Shown here one piece after another: positions 35,822 to 45,821 of a DNA stretch of 64,000 nucleotides. The notes under the pieces are model-generated. The model was not told where the DNA came from. It ran no database searches and saw only the letters and a list, made by a program, of their open reading frames with translations. Both the position numbers and the translations under genes were made by a program. Every line of letters begins with the position of its first letter. Position 1 is the stretch's first letter. Source of the DNA: Gemmatimonadota bacterium (GTDB lineage: Bacteria > Gemmatimonadota > Gemmatimonadetes > Palauibacterales > Palauibacteraceae); assembly GCA_039588215.1 (NCBI GenBank), contig JBDHAD010000001.1, forward strand, positions 23,060 through 87,059, in the 5' to 3' direction.

Positions 35822-36892
35822 TCAATCGGGAATGAAGCTCTGCTCCGCTTCCAGATCGGCCAGAAACGAGGCGATCAGCTCGGCAGCCCCCTCGACGTCC
35901 GAGACATCCACGAGCTGGTTCGGGCTGTGCATGTATCTGTTCGGCACCGATACGATGGCGGTCGCGACCCCCGTGCGGCTCGTGAAGATCGAATCCGCAT
36001 CGGTGCCGGTCGCGGACGGAGCCGCGACCAGCTGAACCGGAAGTCCGGCACCTTCGGCGGTGTCTCTGAGCCCCTCGAGGAGGATCCCGTTCACGACAGC
36101 CCCGCGGCTCAGGACCGGCCCTGCCCCCAGCCGTACATCTCCATGTTCCTTCTTGTCCAGGTTGGGGTGGTCGGTGGCATGGGTGACATCGACGACGATG
36201 GCCACGTCGGGCTCCAGACCGAAGCTGCTCGTGCGCGCGCCCCCGCCGGACCGCATGCTGATCTCCTCCTGCGTGGTCGCCACCGCGACGACACGAGCAC
36301 CAGTGCCTTTCTCCGTGGCGCGGCGCAGCGCTTCCAGGACGACGACCGCCCCGATCCGATCGTCCACGGATCTCGCGGCCAGGCACGTATCCCCGAGCTC
36401 GACGGTATCAGAGCGAATCACGGCCACATCCCCCACGGAGACGATCGCGCGAGCCGCCTCGCCGTTGGCGACGCCGATATCGACCCACAGGTCTTTGACC
36501 TTCACGGCCTTGTCGCGCTCATCGGGGTTGAGGAGATGGATGGCGCGGCGGCCGATGACTCCGACGACCGGTCCGCCTCGGGTCAGTAGCTCCACCCGCT
36601 GACCTACCAGCACCTGCGGGTCCCACCCACCGACCGGGCGGACGAACAGATACCCGTCATCGTCGATGTAATGGACCATGAGTCCTATCTCATCGATATG
36701 ACCGGCGAGCATGACGGTCGGCGTACCCTCGGGCCCGATCGAGGCGAACGAGTTGCCATGCACGTCCACCCACACCCGATCGGCGAATTTCTCCGCTTCC
36801 TCGCGCCATACCGTACCGGCCGGCGCCTCGAATCCGGATGGTCCGTGGGCGTCGAGGAGTCGCGCCAAGAAGTGTCGCATATTGGGGTTCAT
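35822..36892 (-). CDS. M42-family aminopeptidase (FrvX/glutamyl aminopeptidase-like)
   Basis: MLAGHIDEIGLMV and downstream metal-ligand His/Asp/Glu residues typical of M42 peptidases. 356 aa. Confidence 0.8.
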   Translation of the reverse strand: MNPNMRHFLARLLDAHGPSGFEAPAGTVWREEAEKFADRVWVDVHGNSFASIGPEGTPTVMLAGHIDEIGLMVHYIDDDGYLFVRPVGGWDPQVLVGQRVELLTRGGPVVGVIGRRAIHLLNPDERDKAVKVKDLWVDIGVANGEAARAIVSVGDVAVIRSDTVELGDTCLAARSVDDRIGAVVVLEALRRATEKGTGARVVAVATTQEEISMRSGGGARTSSFGLEPDVAIVVDVTHATDHPNLDKKEHGDVRLGAGPVLSRGAVVNGILLEGLRDTAEGAGLPVQLVAAPSATGTDADSIFTSRTGVATAIVSVPNRYMHSPNQLVDVSDVEGAAELIASFLADLEAEQSFIPD

Positions 36893-37064
36893 CGGAGCGT
36901 TCGCGTTCCGTGATGGAGACCGATCTCGTTCGCGCAGAATGCGCCCAACTCCCGATCGGGCGCTAACCTAGCCGAGCAAAGCCGGGGCGGCAAACCAAGC
37001 TCTTGCAGGCCGCCGAGAGACTCGAGTGGGCCGCGCGCAAGCGCCGCCGAAGACGCGTGAACCG

Positions 37065-37868
37065 TCAACGCCGGGGTGCCTCGAACAGCGAATCCGGCAA
37101 CTCGGGGTTGATCGTCACGTCGTCGATCCGGAGCTCCTTCGTGCGCTGCTCCTCGGAGTTTAGGTATAGCCGGCTCACGACATAGGACAACCTTCCGGCG
37201 CGGCCGACGCCTGACCAGACCGTGCGGTTCCTGTCCTCTTCACCGCGCTCCTGCTCGATGTAATGGACTTCCTCCGGCTGGGGGTCGTCATCGAGGAAGT
37301 AGTAGAAATAGCGATCCCCCGGGTGGGCCCCGACCTCATCCCCAAAGGTGACCGCCAGCTCGTATCCGCCCTCCGCGAGCGCGCGGGCCCGCCGATTGAC
37401 ACCGGGATCACGCAGTTTGTACGGCAGTCCGAACCAGTAGAAGACGTCGCGCCCGACGTACTCCGATTCGACGGTCGCCGGATGGTCCTCCGGGAGCGCG
37501 GCCTCGTTCAGCGTCGCCCATGCCGTGTCACCCGCGAACACCTGCACGTAAAGCCCCTCTGCCTCCGGGCGCTCGATGCGTGACTGCTCGCCTCCGGACA
37601 ACTTCCGCAACTCGACCCGTCGGGGACGCATGCGACGGATCTCGCCGACCGAGTCGTACCACACGGTGGTGACGGTATAGCGGGCGCTTTCGACCTCCCA
37701 CCACGCTTCGAGCCCGCCGGCCGCGCTGATCCACGCGTCGACGAGTGAATCCCCAAGGGCCGCCTCGGCGGAGCGAGGCGCCCCATCATCCGGGGACGGA
37801 GCGCAGGCAGGGATGAAAACGACCGCCGCCACCCAGATGGCCACGGCCGGAACGTACGGTGATCTCAT
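37065..37868 (-). CDS. hypothetical lipoprotein
   Basis: Signal peptide plus lipobox (VVFIPAC). No recognisable domain. It is downstream of the sigma/anti-sigma pair. Confidence 0.55.
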   Translation of the reverse strand: MRSPYVPAVAIWVAAVVFIPACAPSPDDGAPRSAEAALGDSLVDAWISAAGGLEAWWEVESARYTVTTVWYDSVGEIRRMRPRRVELRKLSGGEQSRIERPEAEGLYVQVFAGDTAWATLNEAALPEDHPATVESEYVGRDVFYWFGLPYKLRDPGVNRRARALAEGGYELAVTFGDEVGAHPGDRYFYYFLDDDPQPEEVHYIEQERGEEDRNRTVWSGVGRAGRLSYVVSRLYLNSEEQRTKELRIDDVTINPELPDSLFEAPRR

Positions 37869-37981
37869 GCGTGCCAGGCTCCTCGGGGGTCGACTGTGTC
37901 CGGCGGGTCGCCGAAGGAACTCCGGCGACCCGTTGCTCTCGATCCAGCCCGCCGACCCTTCGCGGGGTGCCGGAGGGCTTG

Positions 37982-39379
37982 CTAGCGCAGTCTCGAAAGT
38001 AGGATCTGGAGCGAGTCGGCCGCCACCTGGGCGCGCGCCGTGACCCGGAAGCCGTCGCGCTCGATGACCAGGAAGGCACCCGGCGCCTGGGCCAAGTCTG
38101 CTTCGAAACGAGCCGGCGCCGCCGGTGCCGCATCGGGCGCCTCACGCATGTGTCCTGCCTCGCCAGCCCCGAGCGCCTCCTGGATGAGCTCCAGCGTGTC
38201 GCCGCCGGGCAAGGTCTGGACGATACGGACCAGCCGCGCCTCGCCGAGCGCCGCGATGGCCAGGTCGGCAGGCAGATCGGGCACCTCAAGCACCGGACCG
38301 CCGATCCAATGCTCCGCATTCGCGCGTGAGACCGGCGACCAGGTCACCTGTCCCGCGCGTAGCCGGGCGTCAAATGCCAACGCGTCGCGAAAGTAGTCAC
38401 CCGGGGCGTTTGCGAAGCCCCTGCGAGCTTCCTCGTCTCGCACGTCCGCGCCGGCCTTGAGGTCCCCCAACCGGGTCTCGGCCGGAGCGTCCTGCGCCGT
38501 CTTCTGCAGTGCGCGGGATGCCTCGTTCCCCTCCCCGGCCTCCGTGACCTCTTGGACCACTCGACGTGACCGCTCATCGACGATCGAGGGTTCCGGCTCC
38601 TCTGCGGGCTCCACAGCCGTCTCGGCCAGCCGTATCGGCTGGTTCTGCCTCTCCCCCGCGCCGCGCTCCAGCTCCGCTGTGGGGGCAGGCGTGGGCTCCT
38701 CCCCCGGCCGGTCCGCTCGCCCACCCACGCGGTCCTGGAGTCGCACCTGGCCCCTGGGGTCGGCCGCTCGCTCGGAGATGCCCGACGCGTCGTCGGCCCC
38801 TCCCGCTATGGTGATCTGATCGAGCGACCCCGTGGCCGCCATCTTCTCGGCCTCCGATGACACGCCCGAAGCTTCGCCACCGGTCAGACCGAGATTCGAT
38901 GTTCTGGACGCCAGCTCGGCGCTTTCCGGGCCCTGCGCGCTGGCGTCCGCGGGAGATTGCGCCATGGGGGACCGGGCCGCCTCGTCCACCCTCGGCGTGC
39001 CGATCCACACCGCATGACCGAGCCAACCCGCCCCGAGCGCCACGGCGACGCTGGCGGCCCAGGCGAGCGGTGGGCGGGTCCGCCGAATCGGGATCGGAAT
39101 CGGGTCATCCCCGCCGCTTGTCTCCTCGCGCCCCTCCGCCTGACGTCGCAGGATCGCTTCGAACGGAGGCACCTCCACGATGTCGGGCGCGGCGGCGGCG
39201 AGAATCTCACCGGCCCTGGACCGAAGCGTGCGAGCGTTTTCGAGACGCGCGGTGCAGTCCGAACACCCCTCCAGATGGATCCTCAGACGGTCCGCGCGAG
39301 TCGGATCGATCGAGGTCAGCCCCCCGTCGAGGTATGCGTGCAGCTCACCGTCGGTTGCGTGCGACATTCTCTCTCTCAA
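37982..39379 (-). CDS. zinc-finger anti-sigma factor (zf-HC2 type) with a single TM segment and a large low-complexity C-terminal domain
   Basis: The N-terminal HxxxCxxC motif (HLEGCSDCTARL), a TM helix (LAWAASVAVALGAGWL), and an Ala/Glu/Pro-rich C-terminal region. It overlaps the sigma-factor gene stop. Confidence 0.75.
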   Translation of the reverse strand: MRERMSHATDGELHAYLDGGLTSIDPTRADRLRIHLEGCSDCTARLENARTLRSRAGEILAAAAPDIVEVPPFEAILRRQAEGREETSGGDDPIPIPIRRTRPPLAWAASVAVALGAGWLGHAVWIGTPRVDEAARSPMAQSPADASAQGPESAELASRTSNLGLTGGEASGVSSEAEKMAATGSLDQITIAGGADDASGISERAADPRGQVRLQDRVGGRADRPGEEPTPAPTAELERGAGERQNQPIRLAETAVEPAEEPEPSIVDERSRRVVQEVTEAGEGNEASRALQKTAQDAPAETRLGDLKAGADVRDEEARRGFANAPGDYFRDALAFDARLRAGQVTWSPVSRANAEHWIGGPVLEVPDLPADLAIAALGEARLVRIVQTLPGGDTLELIQEALGAGEAGHMREAPDAAPAAPARFEADLAQAPGAFLVIERDGFRVTARAQVAADSLQILLSRLR

Positions 39380-39860
39380 GCCCGTCGTAGGCTTCTACAA
39401 GCCGTTTCCTGGCCCGTGCCAGGGTGGTTCCGATGGCGCCGGGTGACAGCCCGGTCTCTTTCGCGATCTCCGCGTAGCTTTGGCCCGCATTCCACAGCAA
39501 AAGGACGTCACGGTCTCGCTCGGTCAGTTGTTCGAGCGCCTCGCGTACGGCCAACGATCGCTCCTCCCGCTCCATGCGGCCCGTCGTTTCCGGAGTGGTC
39601 GCCGACTCTGTCTCGGCCTCGCTCCGCAAGAGTTCCAGGTGCCGCTTTCGCCTGACGGCCGTCCTCGCTTCATCGCGCGCCAGGTTGGCGGCCACGGAGA
39701 ACAGCCATGCGCGGGGGTGGTCGGGTTCGTGCTGGAGCGCGCGAACGAACGTCTCCTGCGCGAGATCATGGGCCCTCTCGGGATCCCACACTTTCGAGTG
39801 GAGAAACCGGTAAAGGTCCTCGTACGTCGTGCGATACAACTCCGCCCAATCGACGCTCAC
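39345..39860 (-). CDS. ECF (sigma-70 family group 4) RNA polymerase sigma factor
   Basis: Region 2 (LAQETFVRALQ) and region 4 HTH (SYAEIAKETGLSPGAIGTTLARARKRL). 171 aa. Confidence 0.85.
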   Translation of the reverse strand: MSVDWAELYRTTYEDLYRFLHSKVWDPERAHDLAQETFVRALQHEPDHPRAWLFSVAANLARDEARTAVRRKRHLELLRSEAETESATTPETTGRMEREERSLAVREALEQLTERDRDVLLLWNAGQSYAEIAKETGLSPGAIGTTLARARKRLVEAYDGLERENVARNRR

Positions 39861-40143
39861 GAACGCCTCAGGATTCCCTTTCGGCTCGAAAACCCGCCCT
39901 CGGCGGCCCCCGGGGGCACCCCACCCCCGCTCCCCGGGACGCCCTTCTCAGTGAAGATGACGTCTTCGAGGCTCCCAGTTGCACACCGACGACCCGAGAC
40001 CGGTATTTGACCCGGTCCGCTCGGAGGCGACAGGTTCGGTCGGCCAGGAACATGACACGCCGCCGGCCCGGCATGGCGGTCCTGTCTCGCACACAAGGAG
40101 AGATCGAAGTGAGCCAGGCGCGCGCAGCAATGAAGTCCCCGAG

Positions 40144-41316
40144 ATGTTGACCGAGCCAATGGCCGTGTTCGGCTACCTCGCGGGCGTTCTCGCACTCATC
40201 TTCTGGCTCAGCGAACGACCTCGACTCGCTCGCCTCTTCCGGGTCACACCCCCTGTAATCTACGCCTATTTCGTACCCACACTCTCGACGACCTTCGGCA
40301 TCATACCGTCCGCTTCGCCCACCTACGAGTGGATGGTTCGCTACCTGCTCCCGGTGGCGCTTCTCCTCCTCATGATCACGATCGACCTGAAGAGCATCGC
40401 GCGGTTGGGCTGGCTGGCGCTCGTCATGGTCGTCGCCGGCACGGCCGGCATCGTGATTGGAGGCCCCATCGCGCTCCTGGTGTTCGGACCCTTCTTGCCC
40501 GAAGGCGCGTGGACCGGGTTCGCGGCGCTCTCCGGCAGTTGGATCGGCGGCACGGCGAACATGGTGGCGATCGCGGAGAGCGTGGGCACTCCGGATGCCA
40601 TGCTGGGGCCTATCATCGTGGTGGACACGGTCGTTGGGTACGGTTGGATGGGGGTGCTCCTTTTCCTGAGCGCCTTCCAGGGGCGCTTCGATGCACGCAC
40701 GGGCGCGCGAACGGCGGCCATCGAGGAGGCGAACGAACGGCTGGCCGAGTACGACGCCGGGCGCCGTCCGCTCGAGCTGGGCGACGCGGCGGTGATCGGT
40801 GGACTCGCGTTCGCCGGGGCCGTGCTCGCGGTGACACTCGGCGACGCCCTGCCGGTCCTGGGGAATCCGACCATCATCAGCCATACGACCTGGGCCGTCC
40901 TCACCGTCGTGACCGTCGGGCTCGCGCTCTCTTTCACTCCCGTTCGGCGCCTGGAGACGGCCGGTGCTTCGCGGTTGGGCTACCTGGCGCTGTACCTCCT
41001 GTTGACCGCGATCGGCGCCCAGGCGGACCTGAAGGCCGTCTTGGAGGCCCCGCTGTTCTTGGCCGCGGGGGCGCTTTGGATCGGCATTCACGCGGCCGTG
41101 CTCCTGTTCGTCGCGCGGCTTGTACACGCCCCGCTGTTCTTCTTCGCGACCGGCAGCATGGCGAACGTGGGAGGAGCCGCCTCGGCCCCCGTCGTGGCGG
41201 GAGTCTATCACCCGGCGATGGCGCCCGTCGGTCTGTTGATGGCCGTGTTCGGGTATGTCCTGGGCATCTACGCCGCGTTGGCTTGCGCCGCGCTCCTGGG
41301 GGCGATCGGCGGCTGA
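40144..41316 (+). CDS. DUF819-family polytopic membrane protein
   Basis: ~12 TM helices. The N-terminal FGYLAGVLALIFWLSERP pattern and the overall architecture match the DUF819 family as I recall it. Assignment is by resemblance only. Confidence 0.6.
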   Translation: MLTEPMAVFGYLAGVLALIFWLSERPRLARLFRVTPPVIYAYFVPTLSTTFGIIPSASPTYEWMVRYLLPVALLLLMITIDLKSIARLGWLALVMVVAGTAGIVIGGPIALLVFGPFLPEGAWTGFAALSGSWIGGTANMVAIAESVGTPDAMLGPIIVVDTVVGYGWMGVLLFLSAFQGRFDARTGARTAAIEEANERLAEYDAGRRPLELGDAAVIGGLAFAGAVLAVTLGDALPVLGNPTIISHTTWAVLTVVTVGLALSFTPVRRLETAGASRLGYLALYLLLTAIGAQADLKAVLEAPLFLAAGALWIGIHAAVLLFVARLVHAPLFFFATGSMANVGGAASAPVVAGVYHPAMAPVGLLMAVFGYVLGIYAALACAALLGAIGG

Positions 41317-41347
41317 CACGAGGGAGTGGGGAGCTGCGCTCAGGCGG

Positions 41348-43870
41348 TCACCAGGTCGGATCTTCCTCGACGAGCGCCAACAGCTCCTCCGAAGACTGCG
41401 GCTTCGCGAAGAAGTAGCCCTGGCCCGACCCACACCCGATGTCGCGCAGCAGTTGGAGCTGCTCCGCCGTCTCGATTCCCTCGGCGGTGACGTCGAGGTT
41501 CAGGGACCCGGCGAGCGTCACCACCGTTCGCACGATGGCTTCGTCCTCCATGTTCTCGCCCAGACCCGAGACAAACGATTTGTCGATCTTCAGCGAGTCT
41601 GCCTGGATCTTCTTGAGATAGGCGAGCGAGGAGTAGCCCGTTCCGAAGTCATCGATCGCCACCTGGAGACCCAACATCTTGAGCTCGCCTATGCGTCCCA
41701 TGTCCCGCATCAGCTCGCTCTCGGTGATCTCGAGCCGCAGACACTGGGGCGGCGTCTCCGTCTCCTCTGCGATCTGTTGGATCTCCTTCGCGAGGTCGGG
41801 CTGCTCGAACTGACGCGTCGACAGGTTGACGGCGACCACCAATTCTCGCCCGTCCGGTACCGCGCTCTGCCATGCCTTCAGCGCCTCACAAGCGCGGCGT
41901 GCGATGAAGTACCCGATCGGGACGATGAGCCCCGTTTCCTCGGCGACCGGGATGAACTCGTCCGGACCCACGAGTCCTCGCTCGGGGTGCTGCCAGCGGA
42001 CCAGGGCCTCCACACCCGAGATCTTCCCCGTGGCGAGAGATATGATGGGCTGGTACAGGGCGAACAGCTGGTCCCGCTCGATCGCCAGGCGAAGGTCGGT
42101 CTCCATCGCGAGGCGTCCCGTGGCCCCCGAATCCACCGCCGGATCGTAGATCCGGTAGTTTCCGGGCCCCTCCCCCTTCGCGCGGTACATGGCGACATCC
42201 GCATACCGCAGCAGGTCTTCGGGGCCCTCGATGTCGGGGTGATCGAAGGCGATCCCAAGACTGGCCGAGATGTACATCTCCTGGCCTGAGAACGTGAACG
42301 GCGGCTGCAGCTCATCGAGGACCCGCCCGGCGACGATCTCGGCATCGGATTGCGAGATGTTGTGCTCCAGGAGGAAGCCGAACTCATCGCCTCCCAGGCG
42401 CGCCACCGTGTCCGATTCACGCAACACGGCGCGGACGCGCCGGGCCACCGCCGCGATCAGACGATCGCCCGCTTCGTGCCCCATGCTGTCGTTGATGATC
42501 TTGAACCGGTCCAGGTCCATGAACATCACGGCCACCTTGCCCCCGGTTCGCTTCCCACGGATGAGAGCATGGCGTAATCGGTCCATGAACAAGCTCCGAT
42601 TCGGGAGCCCGGTCAGCGGCTCGTGCAGCGCCTGGTGCGCCAGCTGGTCTTCGAACGCCTTCCGCTCGCTGATGTCGCGCGAACTGGTTTGAAGCTGGAC
42701 GACGGAACCGTGGTTGTCGTAGATGGGCCGCACGAGCATCTCGAACCACGCGTACTCGCCTTCGCTCGACCGGAATCGAAGCTGGGTCCGGTTCAGCCGT
42801 CCGAAGCGCGCGGACGCGAGAGAGGCCTGGACATCCATCCAGTCATCCGTGTGGCTCAGCTGGTAAGGATCCTTCCCGACCAGCTCGTCCGGCGGGTAGC
42901 CCAGAAGAGTGGTAGATGAGGGGCTTACGTACGTGAATGAGCCTTCGAGATCGTGCAGGCCCACGAGGTCGCTGCTGTTGTTGGCCAGGAGGCGATAGAG
43001 GCTTTCCTGTCGAACGAGCTCTCGCTCGGCTTCCTTGAGCCAGCTCGCGTCCTGGGCGACGCAAACGAGCTGTCCATCGCCATCTCCGGAGCCGGGTGTC
43101 ACGCTCCACAGCAGGACGCGGCGGGGGTCGCAGAGCACGGGCGCTTCGAAGCTTACCCGTTCCTTCGAGTCGACGACCCCGCGCAGCTCGCCGGCGACGC
43201 GAGCTTGATCGTCCTCTTGGAACTGGGCGAGGAAATCCGTGCCCAGCACGCGGCCCCGTTTCTGCCCCAGGAGTCGCTCGGCTTCGGGGTTCCATTCGAC
43301 GACGCGACGATCCGGGCCGAGTAGAACGAGCGGAGTCCCGGCCCGGCGGACCAGTGATTCGTAGACCAGCGGGTCCGCGCCGTTCATGCTGGCCTTCTCC
43401 TGGCGGCTGCGAACGACCCAAACGTATCCGCCCTCCACCTGGGTCAGCGAAACATCGAGGGGGATCCTGATTCCGTCACGTTGCTTTCCACGGAGAGAGC
43501 CGACCCATCGCCCGGATGAGCGAAGAGCGGGCAGGACCTGCGCCTGGACGACCTCGGCCTCGGACTCTTCGAACAGCGGGCGCCAAGTCTTGCCGAACAT
43601 CTCGTTCGGCGCCCCGTACCCGAACAAGGCGGCCGCCGCCTGGTTGGCATAGATGCACCGCTCACCGCCGGCCGTGAGAAAGATCCCGTCACCGGCGGAC
43701 TCGATCGCGTTCAGGCGCTGCTCGAGCACCCTACGCTGGGTCGCGTGATCGGCGGCCGAGCGTGAGGCGCGGCGGGCGCGAATGAAAAGCAGCAGAACGA
43801 CGATCAGAAAGCCGCCGAACGCGCCGACTTCGATCGGGTTGTCCTGCACCCAGCCCAGCATCTCAGTCAA
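41348..43870 (-). CDS. membrane-anchored PAS-PAS-GGDEF-EAL signalling protein (c-di-GMP turnover)
   Basis: N-terminal TM helix, multiple PAS-like blocks, an intact GGDEF motif (RLGGDEFGFLL) and an EAL motif (EALVRW) with downstream DDFGTGYSS. 840 aa. Confidence 0.88.
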   Translation of the reverse strand: MTEMLGWVQDNPIEVGAFGGFLIVVLLLFIRARRASRSAADHATQRRVLEQRLNAIESAGDGIFLTAGGERCIYANQAAAALFGYGAPNEMFGKTWRPLFEESEAEVVQAQVLPALRSSGRWVGSLRGKQRDGIRIPLDVSLTQVEGGYVWVVRSRQEKASMNGADPLVYESLVRRAGTPLVLLGPDRRVVEWNPEAERLLGQKRGRVLGTDFLAQFQEDDQARVAGELRGVVDSKERVSFEAPVLCDPRRVLLWSVTPGSGDGDGQLVCVAQDASWLKEAERELVRQESLYRLLANNSSDLVGLHDLEGSFTYVSPSSTTLLGYPPDELVGKDPYQLSHTDDWMDVQASLASARFGRLNRTQLRFRSSEGEYAWFEMLVRPIYDNHGSVVQLQTSSRDISERKAFEDQLAHQALHEPLTGLPNRSLFMDRLRHALIRGKRTGGKVAVMFMDLDRFKIINDSMGHEAGDRLIAAVARRVRAVLRESDTVARLGGDEFGFLLEHNISQSDAEIVAGRVLDELQPPFTFSGQEMYISASLGIAFDHPDIEGPEDLLRYADVAMYRAKGEGPGNYRIYDPAVDSGATGRLAMETDLRLAIERDQLFALYQPIISLATGKISGVEALVRWQHPERGLVGPDEFIPVAEETGLIVPIGYFIARRACEALKAWQSAVPDGRELVVAVNLSTRQFEQPDLAKEIQQIAEETETPPQCLRLEITESELMRDMGRIGELKMLGLQVAIDDFGTGYSSLAYLKKIQADSLKIDKSFVSGLGENMEDEAIVRTVVTLAGSLNLDVTAEGIETAEQLQLLRDIGCGSGQGYFFAKPQSSEELLALVEEDPTW

Positions 43871-43876
43871 TCAGCC

Positions 43877-45643
43877 TCACCTCTCGACCGTCAATTCCCG
43901 CGACGAGGACACCGCACCGATCCTGCTCGAGCGAACCTCCAGGGTAAGGCGGTACCGGCCCTCCGGCAGATCCGGAAGCTCCAGTCGAACCGACCGGGTC
44001 GGCGGCGACTCGCCCACCATGTGCTCGCCCCACCTGAGCCCGACCGATTCCGTTCGTCGTCCCGCGAGACCCGTCCATTCGATGGCTCTTCGCCAGAAAC
44101 TCTTGCCTTCTCGGGCAAGAGTAAGCGTCATCTGCACCGGTTCCGGACCCGAAATCGGGCCGTACCACTCCCAAAACACGCCCAAAACCCTGTGTGGTCG
44201 CAACTTAAGCGACCCCAAAGCGATGGGCACTGCTGCATCCAACGTGCCGGGAAGACTGTCCGCCGGCTGAATCAGCAAGAGATCCGACAGCAACGGGCGT
44301 TCAGCGCTCCAGGAATCCAACTCGTATCGCGCCCGAGCGGCCCGGGCGCGGTCCAGACAACGGGCCTCCACGCCCACGAACCGGCGGACATCGGGACCTG
44401 GTGCCGGGCCGACGTTGGCGACCATCCGGAGGCTGTGCGGCCCCTCGGCTACCGTGCGGTTGCGAACGCCGGCGTCGGTGGCGAAGAAGAGCCCCGCCTC
44501 GCGAGTGCACGAGACGCGGGAGTCACGCCCGGACTCGATCGCCGACGGATCGATCGCGGCCACGATCAGCAGGCTGTCGCCGCGTCGAAAGCGAGCGAAC
44601 TGGTGACCCAGCGACCGCACCGGGCCGTACGGCGGCGTCCACGATGCGCGTGGCCGATCCGGATCCAGCTCCCACGCGTCCGAACTCGAGGGCCCTGAGC
44701 CGTGAACCCACTCGGCGCGCGGCGTGAACTCCTGTGCTTCCGGTGAGCGATGGGCCTGAATGGCCTCTTCGGTCCGCAGGCCGGGGTATCTTCGCCGCCC
44801 AATATCCCACCCGCGCGGCCAGCCGAAGCGAAGAAGGATCTCGCGCAGATCACGACCCCAGCGCAGACCGTACCCCGAGTCGGCATCCCTTTGCAGCCGA
44901 TCCCACACCCAGCGGCTGAGGTGCTCGGTCCGTCTCTCGTTTCCGGGGATCAGCCACAGCGGATCCGCGAGGGTCCAGAACTGGCGTTCGAAGTCCGACC
45001 GTTCGGGACAGGGCACGTCGTTGTACCGTCCGCGGTTCTTGCCCCTGAGGATCGGCTCCAGATCCGTCCAACGGCATCTTTCTTCCAGCGGCATTCCGTC
45101 GAGCGCCCGATCGAACCACATCTCGGCGTCCCGGAAGTCCCCCGCCGCATGGAGCGCGTGTCCGGCGAGAGCGTGGCACCACCATCGGGCTTCGAGACGA
45201 CAAGAGGCCGCCACGTCGAAGGCTTCGCGCGGTGACCCACTCTCGATGCGGTAGCGTACGCGTTGTCCCAGGATCCACGAGTCCCCGGGAAGCGAGGCAG
45301 CCGCGGCCCCGAGGCTGTCCAAAAGCGTACGCCGCGCGAGCGCAACCTCCATGGGCTCGGGTGCAGGCTCCCAATCGTCGTCTTCGTCATGCGAGAGACA
45401 AAAGCGACCGATGCGCTCGTCGCAGCGCCCTGCCCATGGATAACCATAGGGGAAGTACAGGCGCCGGGTGCGCTCGAAGCGGCGCTGCTGGGAGCGCACG
45501 TCGGCGAGGACGCGCTCCGAATCCGGGGCGACCGCTTGAAGGTGAACCGGTGGGGGGCGGACCGCCTGGCGTACCGGAGGAAGGCTCTCCGAGCCCATGA
45601 GCGTTGCGCCGCTCAGGCTCGCGAGCACGACCGTACCAGACAT
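43877..45643 (-). CDS. large secreted hypothetical protein (possible GWxTD-like domain)
   Basis: Signal peptide from the ATG at 45643 (MSGTVVLASLSGATLMG). Trp/Arg-rich repeats, including LRFGWPRGWDIGRR. No enzymatic motif. The GWxTD-domain attribution is weak recall only. Confidence 0.5.
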   Translation of the reverse strand: MSGTVVLASLSGATLMGSESLPPVRQAVRPPPVHLQAVAPDSERVLADVRSQQRRFERTRRLYFPYGYPWAGRCDERIGRFCLSHDEDDDWEPAPEPMEVALARRTLLDSLGAAAASLPGDSWILGQRVRYRIESGSPREAFDVAASCRLEARWWCHALAGHALHAAGDFRDAEMWFDRALDGMPLEERCRWTDLEPILRGKNRGRYNDVPCPERSDFERQFWTLADPLWLIPGNERRTEHLSRWVWDRLQRDADSGYGLRWGRDLREILLRFGWPRGWDIGRRRYPGLRTEEAIQAHRSPEAQEFTPRAEWVHGSGPSSSDAWELDPDRPRASWTPPYGPVRSLGHQFARFRRGDSLLIVAAIDPSAIESGRDSRVSCTREAGLFFATDAGVRNRTVAEGPHSLRMVANVGPAPGPDVRRFVGVEARCLDRARAARARYELDSWSAERPLLSDLLLIQPADSLPGTLDAAVPIALGSLKLRPHRVLGVFWEWYGPISGPEPVQMTLTLAREGKSFWRRAIEWTGLAGRRTESVGLRWGEHMVGESPPTRSVRLELPDLPEGRYRLTLEVRSSRIGAVSSSRELTVER

Positions 45644-45821
45644 CAGTAACCGGCCATCGGGCGCGGGCGGACGGATTCGTACAGACGACAAGGATTCGCT
45701 CCCAAGCGAGTGCCCCAAACAGACCTACGTGAAGATACGCGGTCGCGTGGGGCATGACCGGATGTGGTGCCGAGACGGCATGGCGGATCGCGGCCTGGTC
45801 GGGCGGCCTCGAGACCGCGGC

